Source: Squalus acanthias
Taxonomy: Eukaryota
Reading direction: 5' to 3'
NCBI GenBank assembly: GCA_030390025.1
Contig: CM059432.1
Span: 12,400,001-12,464,000, forward strand
DNA length: 64,000 nucleotides
A program made the position numbers and the translations under genes. This document shows, one piece after another, positions 13,205 through 25,544 of this stretch; positions within the stretch are counted from its first letter, which is position 1, and the number at the start of each line of letters is the position of its first letter. Below the pieces are notes generated by a model that was not told the origin of the DNA, did no database searches, and saw only the letters and a program-made list of their open reading frames with translations.

Positions 13205-13730
13205 CCAACGTGGTTGACTCTTAACTGCCCGATGCAGTGGTCTACAAAGCCACTCAGTTATAGCAAACCACTACTACTACTACAAAGAAGGAGAAAACCA
13301 GACGGGCCACTCGGCTGTGAGCTAGGTGTCGATTCAGGACACGACGAAGGTCCACCCAGCCCAGTCGACCCTGCAAAATCCTCCTCACTAACATCTGGGG
13401 ACTGGTGCCAAAATTGGGAGAGCTGTCCCACAGACTAGTCAAGCAACAGCCTGACATAGTCATACTCACAGAATTATACCGTTCAGACAATTTCCTAGAC
13501 TTCCCCCCATCACCAACCCTTGCGTAGTCCTGCCCCTGCCGGCAGGGCAGAGCCACCACAGGGCGGGGCACAGCGCTATACAGTTTGGGGTGGGGGAGGG
13601 GGGGAAAGAGTGGCCCTGGACGTCCTCAACATTGACTCCGGACCCCATGAAGTCTCAGGGCTTCAAGATAAACATGGGCAAGGGAAACCTCCAGTGATTA
13701 GCACCTACCGTCCTCCCTCAGCTGATGAGG
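13205..13730 (+). mobile_element. CR1-clade (second family) endonuclease-region fragment
   Basis: Frameshifted APE endonuclease-like motifs (QPDIVILTE; TYRPPSADE). Confidence 0.65.
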
Positions 13731-13833
13731 CTACAACAAAAAGACTACAACACCGAAACAGGCCATTCGGCCCAACTGGTCGATGCTGGCGTTTATGCTC
13801 CACACGAGCCTTTGGAGAAAGCACAGAGGGTAG

Positions 13834-14476
13834 CATAGAAACATAGAAAAATAGTAGCAGGAGTAGGCCATTCGGCCCTTCGAGCCTGCTCCGCCATTCA
13901 ATATGATCATGGCTGATCCTCTATCTCAATACCATATTCCCGCTCTCTCCACATACCCCTTGATGCCTTTTGCGTCTAGAAATCTATCTATCTCCTTCTT
14001 AAATATATTCAGTGACTTGGCCTCCACAGCCTTCTGTGGAAGAGAATTCCACAGGTTCACCACCCTCTGAGTGAAGAAATTTCTCCTCATCTCAGTCCTA
14101 AATGTCCTACCCCGTATCCTGAGACTGTGACCCCTCGTTCTAGACTCCCCAGCCAGGGGAAACATCCTCCCTGCATCCAGTCTGTCTTGCCCTGTCAGAA
14201 TTTTATACGTTTCAATGAGATCCCTTCTCATTCTTCTAAACTCTAGTGAATACAGGCCTAGTCGACCCAATCTCTCCTCATACGACAGTCCTGCCATCCC
14301 AGGAATCAGTCTGGTGAACCTTCGCTGCACTCCCTCTATGGCAAGTATATCCTTTCTTAGGTAAAACCAAAACTGCACACAGTACTCCAGGTATGGTCTT
14401 ACCAAGGCCCTGTATAACTGTAGTAAGACATCCTTGCTCCTGTACTCAAATCCTCTTGCAATGAAGGCCAACATAC
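13834..14476 (-). mobile_element. CR1 LINE 3' end, young
   Basis: ORF 13926-14504 is an open CR1 ORF2 C-terminus, followed by the CR1 tail. Confidence 0.92.
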
Positions 14477-14987
14477 AATTGCACAGAATGTCCTCGTTGC
14501 TCATTCTTCCAAATTACAGTTGTAAGGGAAATTCTATAGTCAGGGGTATAGCTAGCCTATTTTGCAGTTATGACCGGGAGTCCCGAAATGGTATGTTGTC
14601 TCCCTGATGCCAGGGTGAAGGACATTACGGAATGGGTGGGATGACTGTAAAGGGAGGGAGGGCAGCTAAACATCGCTGTCAATGTTGTAACCAATGACAA
14701 AGAATAAGTACATTGGCGGTCTTGCAGAGGAGTTAGGCACTAGATTGAAAAATAAGACCTCATGGGTGGTAATCTCTGGATTGCTTCATGCGCCATGTAC
14801 TGGACAGATTGAGAGGAACATTCGCAAGCTCAACACTGCAGGAGGGAAGATTTCTCATTCTTGGGGCACTAGAGCAAGTTCCTGAACTAGGGGAGGCTTT
14901 ACCAAAGGGACAGCGTTCACCTAAATCAAAGTGGCACCAATATCCTTGCGGCGAGGGTAAATAGAACAATAAGGAAGGATTTAAACT

Positions 14988-15020
14988 CAAGCTTTCGGAG
15001 CTGTCGCTCCTTCGTCAGGT
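14988..15020 (-). ncRNA. Minimal hammerhead ribozyme motif (stem I 3' strand lost)
   Basis: CTGACGA-A-GGAGC-GACA-GCTCC-GAAA-GCTT. Confidence 0.65.
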
Positions 15021-15489
15021 AAGTTAGCAATGAGAGAATCTCCCAGAATTCACAATTTAAACCCAGACAAAATCTATTCACATTATTCGCTACAACAAAG
15101 AGCACAGCCAAGACAATGAGATGTGTCCCAGGGGGTCCAACGTGTCAAACCACCTGCTGGCTGCATATCCTGTCAATTTGTGCTCTTGTGTTAGCCTTTT
15201 TAAAAAAAAAAACACAAAAAAAAACCCAAAAAAACCACCTGGGAAGACCGGCCATGATGTCAAGTCACGTTCTGTATCGTGACATGAACCCGATATCGCG
15301 ATTGAGGCCATCCTCATGAGTGCGGAACTTGGCTATCAGTTTCTGCTCTATGATTTTGCGCTGTCGTGTATCTCGAAGGCCGCCTTGGAGAACGCTTACC
15401 CGCAGATCCGAGGCTGAATGCCCCTGGCTTCGAGATACACGACAGCGCAAAATCATAGAGCAGAAACTGATAGCCAAGTTCCGCACTCA
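14988..15489 (-). mobile_element. Penelope-like element family B: GIY-YIG C-terminus, 3' UTR, hammerhead and 5' fold-back
   Basis: Encodes ...QRKIIEQKLIAKFRTHEDGLNRDIGFMSRY*; 62-bp inverted arms at 15317-15378 and 15428-15489. Confidence 0.85.
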
Positions 15490-15562
15490 ATTTGACAGAG
15501 AGAGAGAGAGCAGGATTGATAAATTGTTGGAATAGAAGTAGAAGGCTTAGCTCAAAGAAATA

Positions 15563-15926
15563 CAGGAAACTCTTTATTAACCGGCACCCAAATATCCGGA
15601 AATCTCTCTTAACCGGCAAAATTCTTGAGTAGGTAACCGGCGTTTTCCTTCATCTCTCGTTTAAAATTAACTTAAAAAAACCCCCCGAGGCATTTGCCTT
15701 GTATCGGAGCGTGTAGATTGGGAGGGGAATGTGCAGCCCGGGTAGGCAGCGGACACGACAGATGGTCAGCTGGCGGTCCCCGGGGAGACGGAGCTCCGAA
15801 TGCAGGCGCATGTCAATGTGTACGGGGCTCTCGTACGTTGGGAGATATAACTCTCCGTTATCTGGACTTTTTGATTAACCGGCACCACGCCGGTCCCGTC
15901 GGTGCCGGTTAATAAAGAGTTTCCTG
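15563..15926. mobile_element. Tc1/mariner (Tigger/pogo-like) MITE, copy 2 (opposite orientation, sister subfamily)
   Basis: Perfect 26-bp TIR CAGGAAACTCTTTATTAACCGGCACC with TA flanks; subterminal similarity to 2732-3063. Confidence 0.9.
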
Positions 15927-16137
15927 TAGTTAGAAAATATTATCAGTGAGAAAATATCAGAGGAGAAAGAGAGAGAAAAAGGAAATAAAGAGGGAAAGAA
16001 GAAAGTAAAAACACTGTTGCAGTTGGATGGGGTGGCAGTGAAGGATTCTATCACAGCACTAACACATAATTGCGTTAAGACAGAATCCATATAGACAGTT
16101 AAGAAATAGCAAGGGAAACAATATAATTCTTAATGTA

Positions 16138-16332
16138 AAAAAAAAGCAAAATACTGCAGATGCTGGAAATCTGAAATGAAAACAGAAAATGCTGGAAATA
16201 CTCAGCAGGTCAGGCAGCATCTGTGGAGAGAGAGAAACAGAGTTAACGTTCGACCTGAAACATTAACTCTGTTTCTTTCTCTCTCCACAGATGCTGCCTG
16301 ACCTGCTGAGTATTTCCAGCATTTTCTGTTTT
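16138..16332. mobile_element. PLE family A 3'-end fold-back palindrome
   Basis: Inverted arms around aacgtt/cgacctgaaac; TSD TAATTCTTAATGTA at 16124-16137 and 16333-16346. Confidence 0.85.
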
Positions 16333-19198
16333 TAATTCTTAATGTACATTATAGGTCAATCAGTGACGATCAAATAGAGGGGGAAGACCTGCGGACAGGT
16401 CACAGAGATTTACAAGAAGAGAATGATAATATTAGACGATTTTAACTATTCTCAGAGAGAATGGAATAAAGGTAACACATCAAAGTAAGGAAAACATATA
16501 GAATTCGCCCAGGACCGCTTCCTAGATCATTATGTTTCTAGTTAAAACAGGAAAGAATTATTGCTTCATTTAGTTCTGCGAGATGTGGAGCAAATAAATA
16601 AAATGAGAGTAGGAGAACAATTGCGAAATAGTGGTCACAACATAATTAGGTTCAATTTAAGAATAGAAAATTTCGAAGAGTCAAAGATAAGGCCGCTGGA
16701 CTGGAAAAAGGCAAAATTTAAACAAGATAAAAGGGGGATCTGGCCCAAATTAACTGGTCAGAAAAATCAGCAAACAGATCATTAATTGGAAATCTTGAAA
16801 TATGAGATTGAAACAGTACAGAGATGTTAAATAGATAATTTTGCATTTTTCCCCCCTCCCCAAACGATGGTGGAAGTGAGAATGTAGGTGTACTGGACGA
16901 GGATACAGAACAATGGCTAGAGATAAATCTAGCAAGGGAATATTAGTTCTGAAGCAATTAGCAGAACACAAGGGTGGATAAATCACGGGGCCTTGTTAGA
17001 TTGCATTCTAAGCTGCTGTAAAGAAGTCAGGGAGAGAGAGATAGCAGAGGCTCTGGCCACAACTTTACAATCCTTCTCAACAGTGAGAATTGTGCTGTGG
17101 GACTGGAGAGCAACCAATGTAACATCTTTGTTCAAAAAAAAGAACAAAGGATAAACTAGGTAGCTAGATTAGTTGGTTTAATGTCAATTGTGGGCAGGAA
17201 TCTATAAGTCGAGATAAAATCAGTGGGCATTTAGAAATTCATGGGTTAATCAAGGACAGCCAGCACAGATTTGTTAAAAACAGGTTTCGCTTGACAAATT
17301 TAATAGAATTTTTTGAAGAAGCGATTGAATGGCTAGATAAAGGGAATGCAGTAGATGCACTGTATATGGGTTTAGAGAGGGAACTGCCTAAGGTGTTTCA
17401 CAAAGGTTTTGTTAGAAAAATTCGGGGATATGGTACAAGAGCAAATGTAGCAGCATGGATAGAAAGTTGGCTGACTGGCAGGAAACACAAGTATAATAAA
17501 TGGGTGTTGCTCGGACTGGAGAAATGTTGGAAGTGGTGTATCCCAGGGTCAATGTTGGGGCAGCTTCCGTTCTGGGCATATACGGATGATTTTGACTTGG
17601 TTTAAGGAACGCAATCTCAAAATTTGTTGACAACGCAAAAAAAAGAGGTCAGGGGGTGAACAAATGAGGACTGTTAGAAGGCCAGAAAGACAAAAGCAGG
17701 TTAATGGAATGTGCAGACAGGTGGGAGATGGAATTTAACGTGGATTTAAGTGCGAGATGATACATTGAGGGATGAAAATGAGGAATGCTTATGAAAACTG
17801 AAGGATGTGGATGAACTGAGCTTGGGGTTCAAAAGTGCGAGTGCAGGTCGATGAAGCCATGAAAAAGGTTAAGCCCAATTTGGGTCTTCTAAATAGGGCC
17901 ACAGAATTCAAGAGTACAGAAGTGATGATAAATTTGGTACAAAATACTGGTTATGCCAGTTAGCGTAGTGTGTGCAGTTTTGGGTAGCCCATTATAGAAA
18001 GGAGATTAAAAACCAGAGAGAGCATACACTGGACTCGCCAAGATAATGGCAGGGATGAGAAAGTTTAGTTATGAGGAGAAACTTGAAATCCTCAGACAAT
18101 TTCCACTGGGGCAGAGAAGGCCAAGAGGAGATTTTTGAAGCTATGAAAGGTTTTGATAGGAGCAGGAAAGACTACTTCCGCTGACTGAGGAGGAGTCAGC
18201 GACAAGGGGCCATAATTTTAAATAGTGCAGTGAGTGCTATTAGGAGAAATGTATTTACGCAAAGTTGTTGCAGCATGGAGTGCTTTGTCACAGGGAGCAG
18301 TTGAGGCAGCGACAACTGCAACTTTTAAAGGAAAATTGGATAAATAATTGAACACAAGGCTACGGGGAAGAGAGTGAAGCATTGGGATTAGTTACGGATT
18401 GCTCTAGCAAAGAGCCGGCGCAGGCACAATGGTTCCAATGGCCTCCTTCTATGCTGTAAACTTGAACCCGGTCCAGGCGAGTTGTTTAGCTCAAGTTTGA
18501 ACAACTTCTTCAGCACCATTTCTCTCTGAATAATAGCCTTCACTTTATTCTTCTACACCTACGACTGGTGGTGCCACAGTCCCAAGATCCACCTCCTCCA
18601 AAAACTGAAGCAGAGCACTTATTTAGTGTCCCCGTTCTTCTGCCCCTCTCCAGTACAAGCTTGTCTCCTTCAGCTACAGATAGTTCTGCCCCTTCCTATC
18701 CTCTGGCCAGTAGTGGGGCAGTGGGAGGGAGGAGGCACAAGAGCCAGAGACAGAGGAGTGGAGAGTTTGGGGTGGGGGTCGTTAAGGCTGGAGGAGGTTA
18801 CAGAGATCTCGTTTACACATTAGGTCACCCTCCCACCTACCCTCCACACCTCCCCAATTTCTCCTCTCCTGGCTTGGCATCTATTTCTTTATGCCTATTA
18901 GTGAAGTGCCTTGGGACATTTCTTTAAGTCACTGTTAAATTGGAGTTTTCTATTTTAATCAAGGACTCTAGTTCCTCAATTTTGCTTCTTACGCTCAGTG
19001 CATTGATGTAGGTACACCTTAGTTTGGATCTCCTTGGTACGGTAACTTTTCCTTTCTGTTTGCCTTCCCACATCCTTAATTCTTCTTTTACCTTTCTTGT
19101 CCTGTTTAGCCTCTATCCGCTTTCCTACCTCCTTATTTCCTATACACCAAGAGCTTTGTCTTCTGCTATCCTTACACCTTGAACAAAAACAATTAGTT

Positions 19199-19448
19199 GA
19201 CAGACCAGCAGTGGAGGAGAAACATCCGGGAAGGCGCCGAACACCTCGAGTCTCTTCGCCGGGAGCAAGCGGAAGCCAAGCGCAAGCAGCGCACGTCAAC
19301 CCAAGCACCCCACCCACCCGCTTCAACCGCCGTCTGCCCCACCTGTGACAGAGACTGTAGGTCCCGCATCGGACTCATCGGTCACCTGAGAACTCATTTT
19401 TAATGTGGAAGCAAGTCATCCTCGGTTCCGAGGGACTGCCTAAGAGAG
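19199..19448 (+). mobile_element. RTE (BovB-like) LINE 3' end
   Basis: C-terminal CPTCDRDCRSRIGLIGHLRTH zinc finger; two more copies in the window. Confidence 0.85.
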
Positions 19449-19941
19449 ATATGGAGAGGATGAAAATAATTCAGCGCATTATGATTTATGACCTGTTGCT
19501 GTATCACTTCTTTTCCAAAGTCCTCCAAGCGCGGCAGTATAAATAGCGGTTGCTCCGCCAGATACTCAGCAAGCTGTTACCCTGAATTCACCAAAGGTAA
19601 AGCTGGGATAGTGCTCAGAGTGAGGGAGAGGGCGAGAGTGGGAAAGCACAGTGCTTGCGGGGCATTTGATCGATGGGTCTAATTAATGAGGGTGACCGTA
19701 AAAGATAGTTATCAGGACTGGAGGTAAAAGCTGACACTTGCCACGGTCCCGGCTGCAGCAACAATGAGCACCCAATCTTTTCCTGCACAACTTACCAAAA
19801 AAACGGAATAGAGTGGTTTAATTTCCCCCCCCCCCCCCACCCCCCACCCTTGAATTTCTATGAAGTTATTCAGTTCTTATGATAAACATTTTTTGGGGAA
19901 CACATGGAAATACAGAGACGTCACCACATAGAAACAGGCCA

Positions 19942-20074
19942 CACAAAAGCAAAATACTGCGGATGCTGGAAATCTGAAATAAAGAGAGAAAATGCTGGAG
20001 ACACTCAGCAGGTCAGACAGCATCCGTGGAGAGAGAAACAACAGAGTTAACCTTTCAGGTCGGTGACCCTTCGT
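19942..20074 (-). mobile_element. PLE family A 3' end, truncated inside the hammerhead core
   Basis: TSD CATAGAAACAGGCCA at 19927-19941 and 20075-20089. Confidence 0.85.
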
Positions 20075-21547
20075 CATAGAAACAGGCCATTCAGCCCAGC
20101 CAGTCCGCGTCAACATTTAAACAACACGCAAGCAAATACACCGAGGCACATTTATCCAAACCTGTTCTCATATCCCTTCAACCCCCTTTTCCTTCATCCA
20201 CCAATCCAATTGAATCTTGAATATTGACACGGTTTCTACCTCAACCACCAAACCCTGGGGGTGAATTGCACAGCTTCACAGCTCTGTGTGAAGGTTTCCT
20301 CTGCCCCCAGTTCTAAATCTTGTATCTATGGCCCCTCAACGACTGGAAACAATCCCAAGAGTTTTGGACAGGAAGCAGGAGAAACCTTTTGTGGAATCAT
20401 AGAAACTTACGGCACAGAAGGAGGCCGTTCGGCCCATCGTGTTTGCGTAACGCGGGGCTGCGAGACTGTGAAATGCAGAGTTAGTGACTGAAGCAGAGAC
20501 CACGTCAACATTTAAGAACAGGTTAGACCGGTGGCTGAAGGAAAGGTGAATATGGCAGGCACAGGGCATCAGGACTAATGCTTACGTGGAGCATAAACAC
20601 CAGCACAGACGGTATGGGCCGATCGGCCTGTTTCCGTGTTGTAATTTCTGTGCAACTCCAAGTAATTCACGGTTGGAAAGTTGTGCACCAAGCTTGTCCG
20701 AATTTCCGATATGCGCTCTTAGCTGCTGCGGCACGACTGAGAAAAATGAACCTGTAGCAGCTACATTAACAGCACAGTCCTCTCTGGAGGAACCAAATAG
20801 CGCAATTCAGTCTGGCATCATCATATGTTTGGGTAAAGTCATCAAACGTCACAACTGTTCACTATTATAAGAACTTTATTTTACTGTCCAATTTTCAGGA
20901 TACATCAATGCTACACCCCTGTTTAGGAACTCGAGCTTGATCCCCCCCCACCCCCCCACAACTGACTTTTAACATCGAACCAAGGGTTAAGAGAGTTATT
21001 CCTAAGCGCAATTTCTCTTTACTAAGCCAACGCAGTGAACGGCCAATCATGAATCAGAGTTACAAGCACTCATTCCTCACCGAAATTTAAAAAACAGAAT
21101 ATTAACCACGCTTTCCGAGAATAATTCTGCAAAACTCCTCAACGTTTCAACTGTTTCATAAAGAACATGATTTGGACGCACACATTTTCTTTTTTCACAT
21201 CAACAAACATTAAGACAGACAGAAAACAGTAAAAAAAAAATCTGTTCCACAAATTAAGCAAGGACCTTCTCAACAACCCCTGTTCCACGCTGGTAGCAGT
21301 GAGAGTTACAGTACTGGGATATACGTTATTTAAAGGGGGAGAAAAAAAATGCAGGGAAGTGCACTTTCTGAAGCATTCCCCCCATCAGGCAAAATTATAC
21401 TCGGCAAGTACTTGCTACGGCTTGAGTGCTTGATTGCTCCCCAGGCCAATGTGAAGTTCTGGCCCTTCTTAAAATGAATGGGAACACTCCCTGTCAGTGA
21501 TGTCAATGGTGCAGCTCTGGAGGGAAGCAGAAATGATGGGTCTCAGT

Positions 21548-21760
21548 CACACACCATCCCGACTTGGAAATATGATCGCCGATCCTTCATCGTCGCTGGG
21601 TCAAAATTCTGGAACTCCCTCCCTAACAGCACTGTGGGAGTACCTTCACCACTCGGACCGCAGCGGTTCAAGAAGGTGGCTCACCACCACCTTCTCAAGG
21701 GCAATTAGGAGTGGGCAATAAATGGCGGCCTTGCCGCCCACATCACGGAACGAATAAAAA
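21548..21760 (+). mobile_element. CR1-clade family B 3' end
   Basis: RSFIVAGSKFWNSLP...FKKVAHHHLLKG, then tail gggcaataaatg. Confidence 0.8.
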
Positions 21761-22654
21761 CAGTCAGGCAGTGAACTCTTGACAATTCCTTTCAAATATA
21801 TTTACCAATTGTCTTTCCTTCCCCACCGCCCCCCCCTCACCGACAGAAACTGTGGGAGTAGGTTTGAAGGATTCTCCTGTAGCGTTTCCTATCTCTTTAA
21901 ATGCTACTTTATAGTGTAAAAACATTCTTGCAGGATTCCACGTGACACAAGATGAGCTGACAGTGAATGAGCAGCGGCCCTCAGACCTCGGTGGCGGTAG
22001 GTGTGCAGACCGGAGTGGTGAGGTTCCAGTGGCAAATAAAGAGGAGCAATCCACTGTCGCTTGGATCCAGTCTGGGCAGGGAAATGCACGGAGCCACTGC
22101 GGGTCAAGCTCTGAGTTGGTGCTGGTAGTTCTATATCGGTTGGTGGACTAACAGTATAACAGCATCTCCACTGCACCTGTGGTGAACTTCACCAGGAGAG
22201 GAGACGGGTGTGAAAGAAAAAGAAAAGAAAATGACAGATTTTGGCCGATACACAGTGCTTCCTAATGAGGCCTTCGCACCTTTTGGGGGAAATTTGCCCA
22301 GCCCTGGGGAGGCGGGTATGGAGGCGGGACTGCCAGGAAAATGGCAGAAACTGGGAGCAGGTACCGAACCCGCTCCCAACCCGCCTCCGTGCCATCTTCC
22401 CGGGAGGCGGGTCCCCAACTCACGCAGGGACCCGTCTCCTCGAGGCGGGAAGGGGATTACAGCCAATTAACATTGATAAGAATTGATAAAATCCAGCCAT
22501 TTGGTTTAAAAAAACTAGTGTTTCTTTTTTTTTTAAACAAAGCTGCTCATTTCCACAGATTCAACCGTGTCGGAAATGATAGGATTTTAAATTTGCTTAT
22601 TCATGGTTGGTAAAATTGCGTGGTTCTGGGATTTAAATTGGGAGGAGGAGTCAA

Positions 22655-22836
22655 AGAATCATTACATAGAATCTTACAGCACAGAGGGAGGCCATTCGGC
22701 CCATCGTGCCTGTGCCAGCTCTTTGAAAGAGCGATCCAATTAGTCCCACTCCCCCTGCTCTTTCCCCCATAGCCCTGCAGATTTCTCCCATTCAAGTATT
22801 TATCCAATTCCCTTTTGAAATTTACTATTGAATCTG
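22655..22836 (-). mobile_element. CR1 3' tail
   Basis: DKYLNGRNLQGYG plus CR1 tail. Confidence 0.8.
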
Positions 22837-23707
22837 CGTAATGAAATTATCTTGATACTTCTCTGCCATTTTCCCCTCACACAAGGAAGGCGAATTGCTC
22901 AGTGTCCTTTTAGTCTGACTTTCCTTAAGAAAATCATGGATTAATAAGCAAGCCTGCATGGTTACAGTCACTGGATTATTTAACATGAGAAACAATGTAC
23001 TTAAGAAACAGCAGGTATTATGAGACGGATCTACTCATATGCTTTAGTTCCTCTCTAACACATTAAAAACATTCATCTCAAAAAAATTGTCCAACCCAAT
23101 GTTGTTCTACCAGTAGTCGACCTTACTGACTTTCAGTGTAAGCTAATGTTTTGACAGCTACCTTACAAGATCATACACTTTATGAGATATATACACATTA
23201 AAAAAAAGCAATAACTGTGCCAAAAATAAAGCATTTATGTATCAAGCTATTGGATTCTTTCTTCCGGTCAGAGAACATTCAGGCTTAAATAAATCAGTTC
23301 ATTCACAGAAAATGGGCCAACTTGTTTTTATACATAATAACCCCAAGACAATGGTCATGTCTGTATCAGGTATCTGAGGGAGGGACCAAGCCATTCAATT
23401 CAAATACAAACATCCCATTCATTTAGTTTGAATGCATGTTCGATTGGAAGATCTAAGTCTAAGAGATACACATTTAAATTGCCCTTGTCCCAGTCAAATT
23501 TTGAACAGCGTAGCCTGTTTTCTTCCAACCTAGAAGTCCATTTGAAGCCACAAAGTGATAAATAGGTCAGACATTTCATGAAAGGTCAGCAGCAGACCAC
23601 GTGAAGTTACGTCAGGGACTTTGGGTCAGCTGAAGTTTATGCTGCAGTTAATGCAGCAAGAAGAAAATGTTTGTTATTTTCTATCTTCCAGGGTTAAGCA
23701 TGTAAAT

Positions 23708-23895
23708 AAAAACAGACAATGCTGGAAATACTCAGCAGGTCAGGCAGCATCCGTGGAGAGAGAAACAGAGTTAACGTTTCGGGTCGATGACCCTTCGTCA
23801 GAACTGGAAAAAGCTGGAGATGGAACAGGTTTTTAAGCAAGTGCAGGGGCAGGGAAAGGGGGGAGGGGAGTAAAGAACAAAAGGGAAGAAAAGGA
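23708..23895 (-). mobile_element. PLE family A 3' UTR fragment
   Basis: TSD AAGCATGTAAAT at 23696-23707 and 23896-23907; contains a hammerhead. Confidence 0.85.
23769..23805 (-). ncRNA. Minimal hammerhead ribozyme motif
   Basis: agtt-CTGACGA-A-GGGTC-ATC-GACCC-GAAA-CGT-T-aact. Confidence 0.75.
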
Positions 23896-23907
23896 AAGCA
23901 TGTAAAT

Positions 23908-24350
23908 TCTCATCCTTGTTTTCAAAGCCCTTCATTGCCTCGCCCCTCCTTATCTCTGTTATCTCCAGTTCGACAACCCTCTCTGCGCTCCTCCAATTCT
24001 GGGCTCTTGCGCATTCCCGATTATCATCGCTCCACCATTGGCGGCCGTGCCTTCAGCTGTCAAGGCCCTCAGCTCTGGAATTCCCTCCCTAAATCTCTCC
24101 GCCTCTCTACTTCTCTTCCTCCTTTAAGACACGTCTTAAAACCTACCTCTTTCACCTGACCTAATATCTCATGTGTCTCGTCAAATTTTGTTTGCTAATC
24201 GAGGTTCCCTTTAAGCGATGCGGCCTGGAGCTCCCGCTAAAGGGGCCGCACACCCAAAAAAATTTAAAGGGAACTTGTTGGTGGTAACACTCCTGTGAAG
24301 CGCCTTGGGACGGTTTAGTATATTAAAGGCGCTATATAAAGTTGTTGTTG
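23908..24350 (+). mobile_element. L2 LINE 3' end with a small MITE at ~24200-24280
   Basis: STIGGRAFSCQGPQLWNSLP; L2 tail; GTTCCCTTTAA/TTAAAGGGAAC inverted repeats. Confidence 0.8.
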
Positions 24351-24494
24351 AAACTATTGTAATTCTATGAGGGTTTTCTGTTGAACCCTTGGGCTCGCTA
24401 CAAACTACCTAGATACTGGGCTTGTAAAGGCACACGCCAGTTCATAGCCTCTCGACAGGAGTAAACCAAATCGGCTGATCATAAAAATACCTGA

Positions 24495-24845
24495 TGCGGA
24501 GATGCCGGTGTTGGACTGGGGTGGACAAAAGTGAGAAGTCGCACAACACCAGGTTATAGTCCAACAGTTTTATTTGAAATCACAAGCTTTCGGAGCGGCT
24601 GCTCCTTCGTCAGGTGAAGTAAAGGAATACAAAATCGACAAAGCATATATAGATAGAGAACAATGCATGTGTAACTTACAATGGCAGACGACTACATTTA
24701 ATCCTCCTGACTGTTTATCTGCCGAGGTGTGACAAAAGGCAATCAGGTCAGCCAGGAAGGCACCACATCAAAGACATAGCAAGATACAACTGAGACAATG
24801 AGGTGGGGGTTACAGGGGGTCTAATGTGTCAAAAGCTGCAGTCGG
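24495..24845 (-). mobile_element. PLE family B 3' UTR fragment
   Basis: Homologous to 14988-15160 and 42868-42951; contains a hammerhead. Confidence 0.7.
24580..24617 (-). ncRNA. Minimal hammerhead ribozyme motif (family B)
   Basis: tcac-CTGACGA-A-GGAGC-AGCC-GCTCC-GAAA-GCT-T-gtga. Confidence 0.75.
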
Positions 24846-25544
24846 TATGGAAAACGATAAACTTTAACATTTTTACTTTTTTACTGGGAATCACATCTGT
24901 GAACAAGCCAACGACTCGAGTCTGGATGAGACCTAGAAGAGAACCCCCCAAAATCTAACAAACGTCTTGTTAAAATTGTATCTAAAATCAAACTCCCATC
25001 AACAGCAACTTAAAACCAGTCAGCAAAATTCCATTTGAAAGAGTAGAAATTCCTTGCTCTGTAGTAGCGATAAAAAAAACTACAAATGGTGAAATCTTTT
25101 CTTAAAAGACAGAAAACAATGGAACTAAACAGGTCCATCTGTATTTGAAAGAAAAGTATCGACATGTTAAAATATTTTTCAGTCAAAACCTCTATCAGAA
25201 CTGCCAGAGGATCTCGACCCAAATCACTAACCTGTCTTTCCCTTCCCCCCCCCCCCAAGATACTGATGGACTGTGTAGTTATTGTATTTAATACTGTTTC
25301 GCATTGCATGAACTCTGAATTAGTGGTGGCCCAGCCAATGCAAAGTCAGAGCGTAGGACTCTGACATAAGAGACTAAATCCAACTCTCACATTTGGGCTC
25401 TCCTTTGAAATGGATGAGGGAGTGATAGGGAGGAGGTTAACGCATCTCAAGAAAACCAGCCTCCCAGCAAATCAACAATGGAAGGCAACAACTTTCTCAA
25501 ATCGGTCTATGGCTGGTCCAACCTATCCTCTCACCCAAGTAAGA

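Larger units (their letters stand above)
14520..18460 (+). mobile_element. Old, near-full-length degenerate CR1 LINE hosting three nested insertions
   Basis: ORF1 esterase-like MVCCLPDARVKDITE (~14588), RT remnant LTNLIEFFEE (17291), CR1 tail at ~18430. Confidence 0.8.

Noticed and set aside
19330..19403. Host C2H2 zinc-finger exon
   Set aside because: Three near-identical dispersed copies share a 3' UTR, identifying it as the RTE LINE C-terminus
21764..22240. Possible minus-strand exon after a polypyrimidine tract
   Set aside because: Open frames have no recognisable homology and the splice sites are ambiguous
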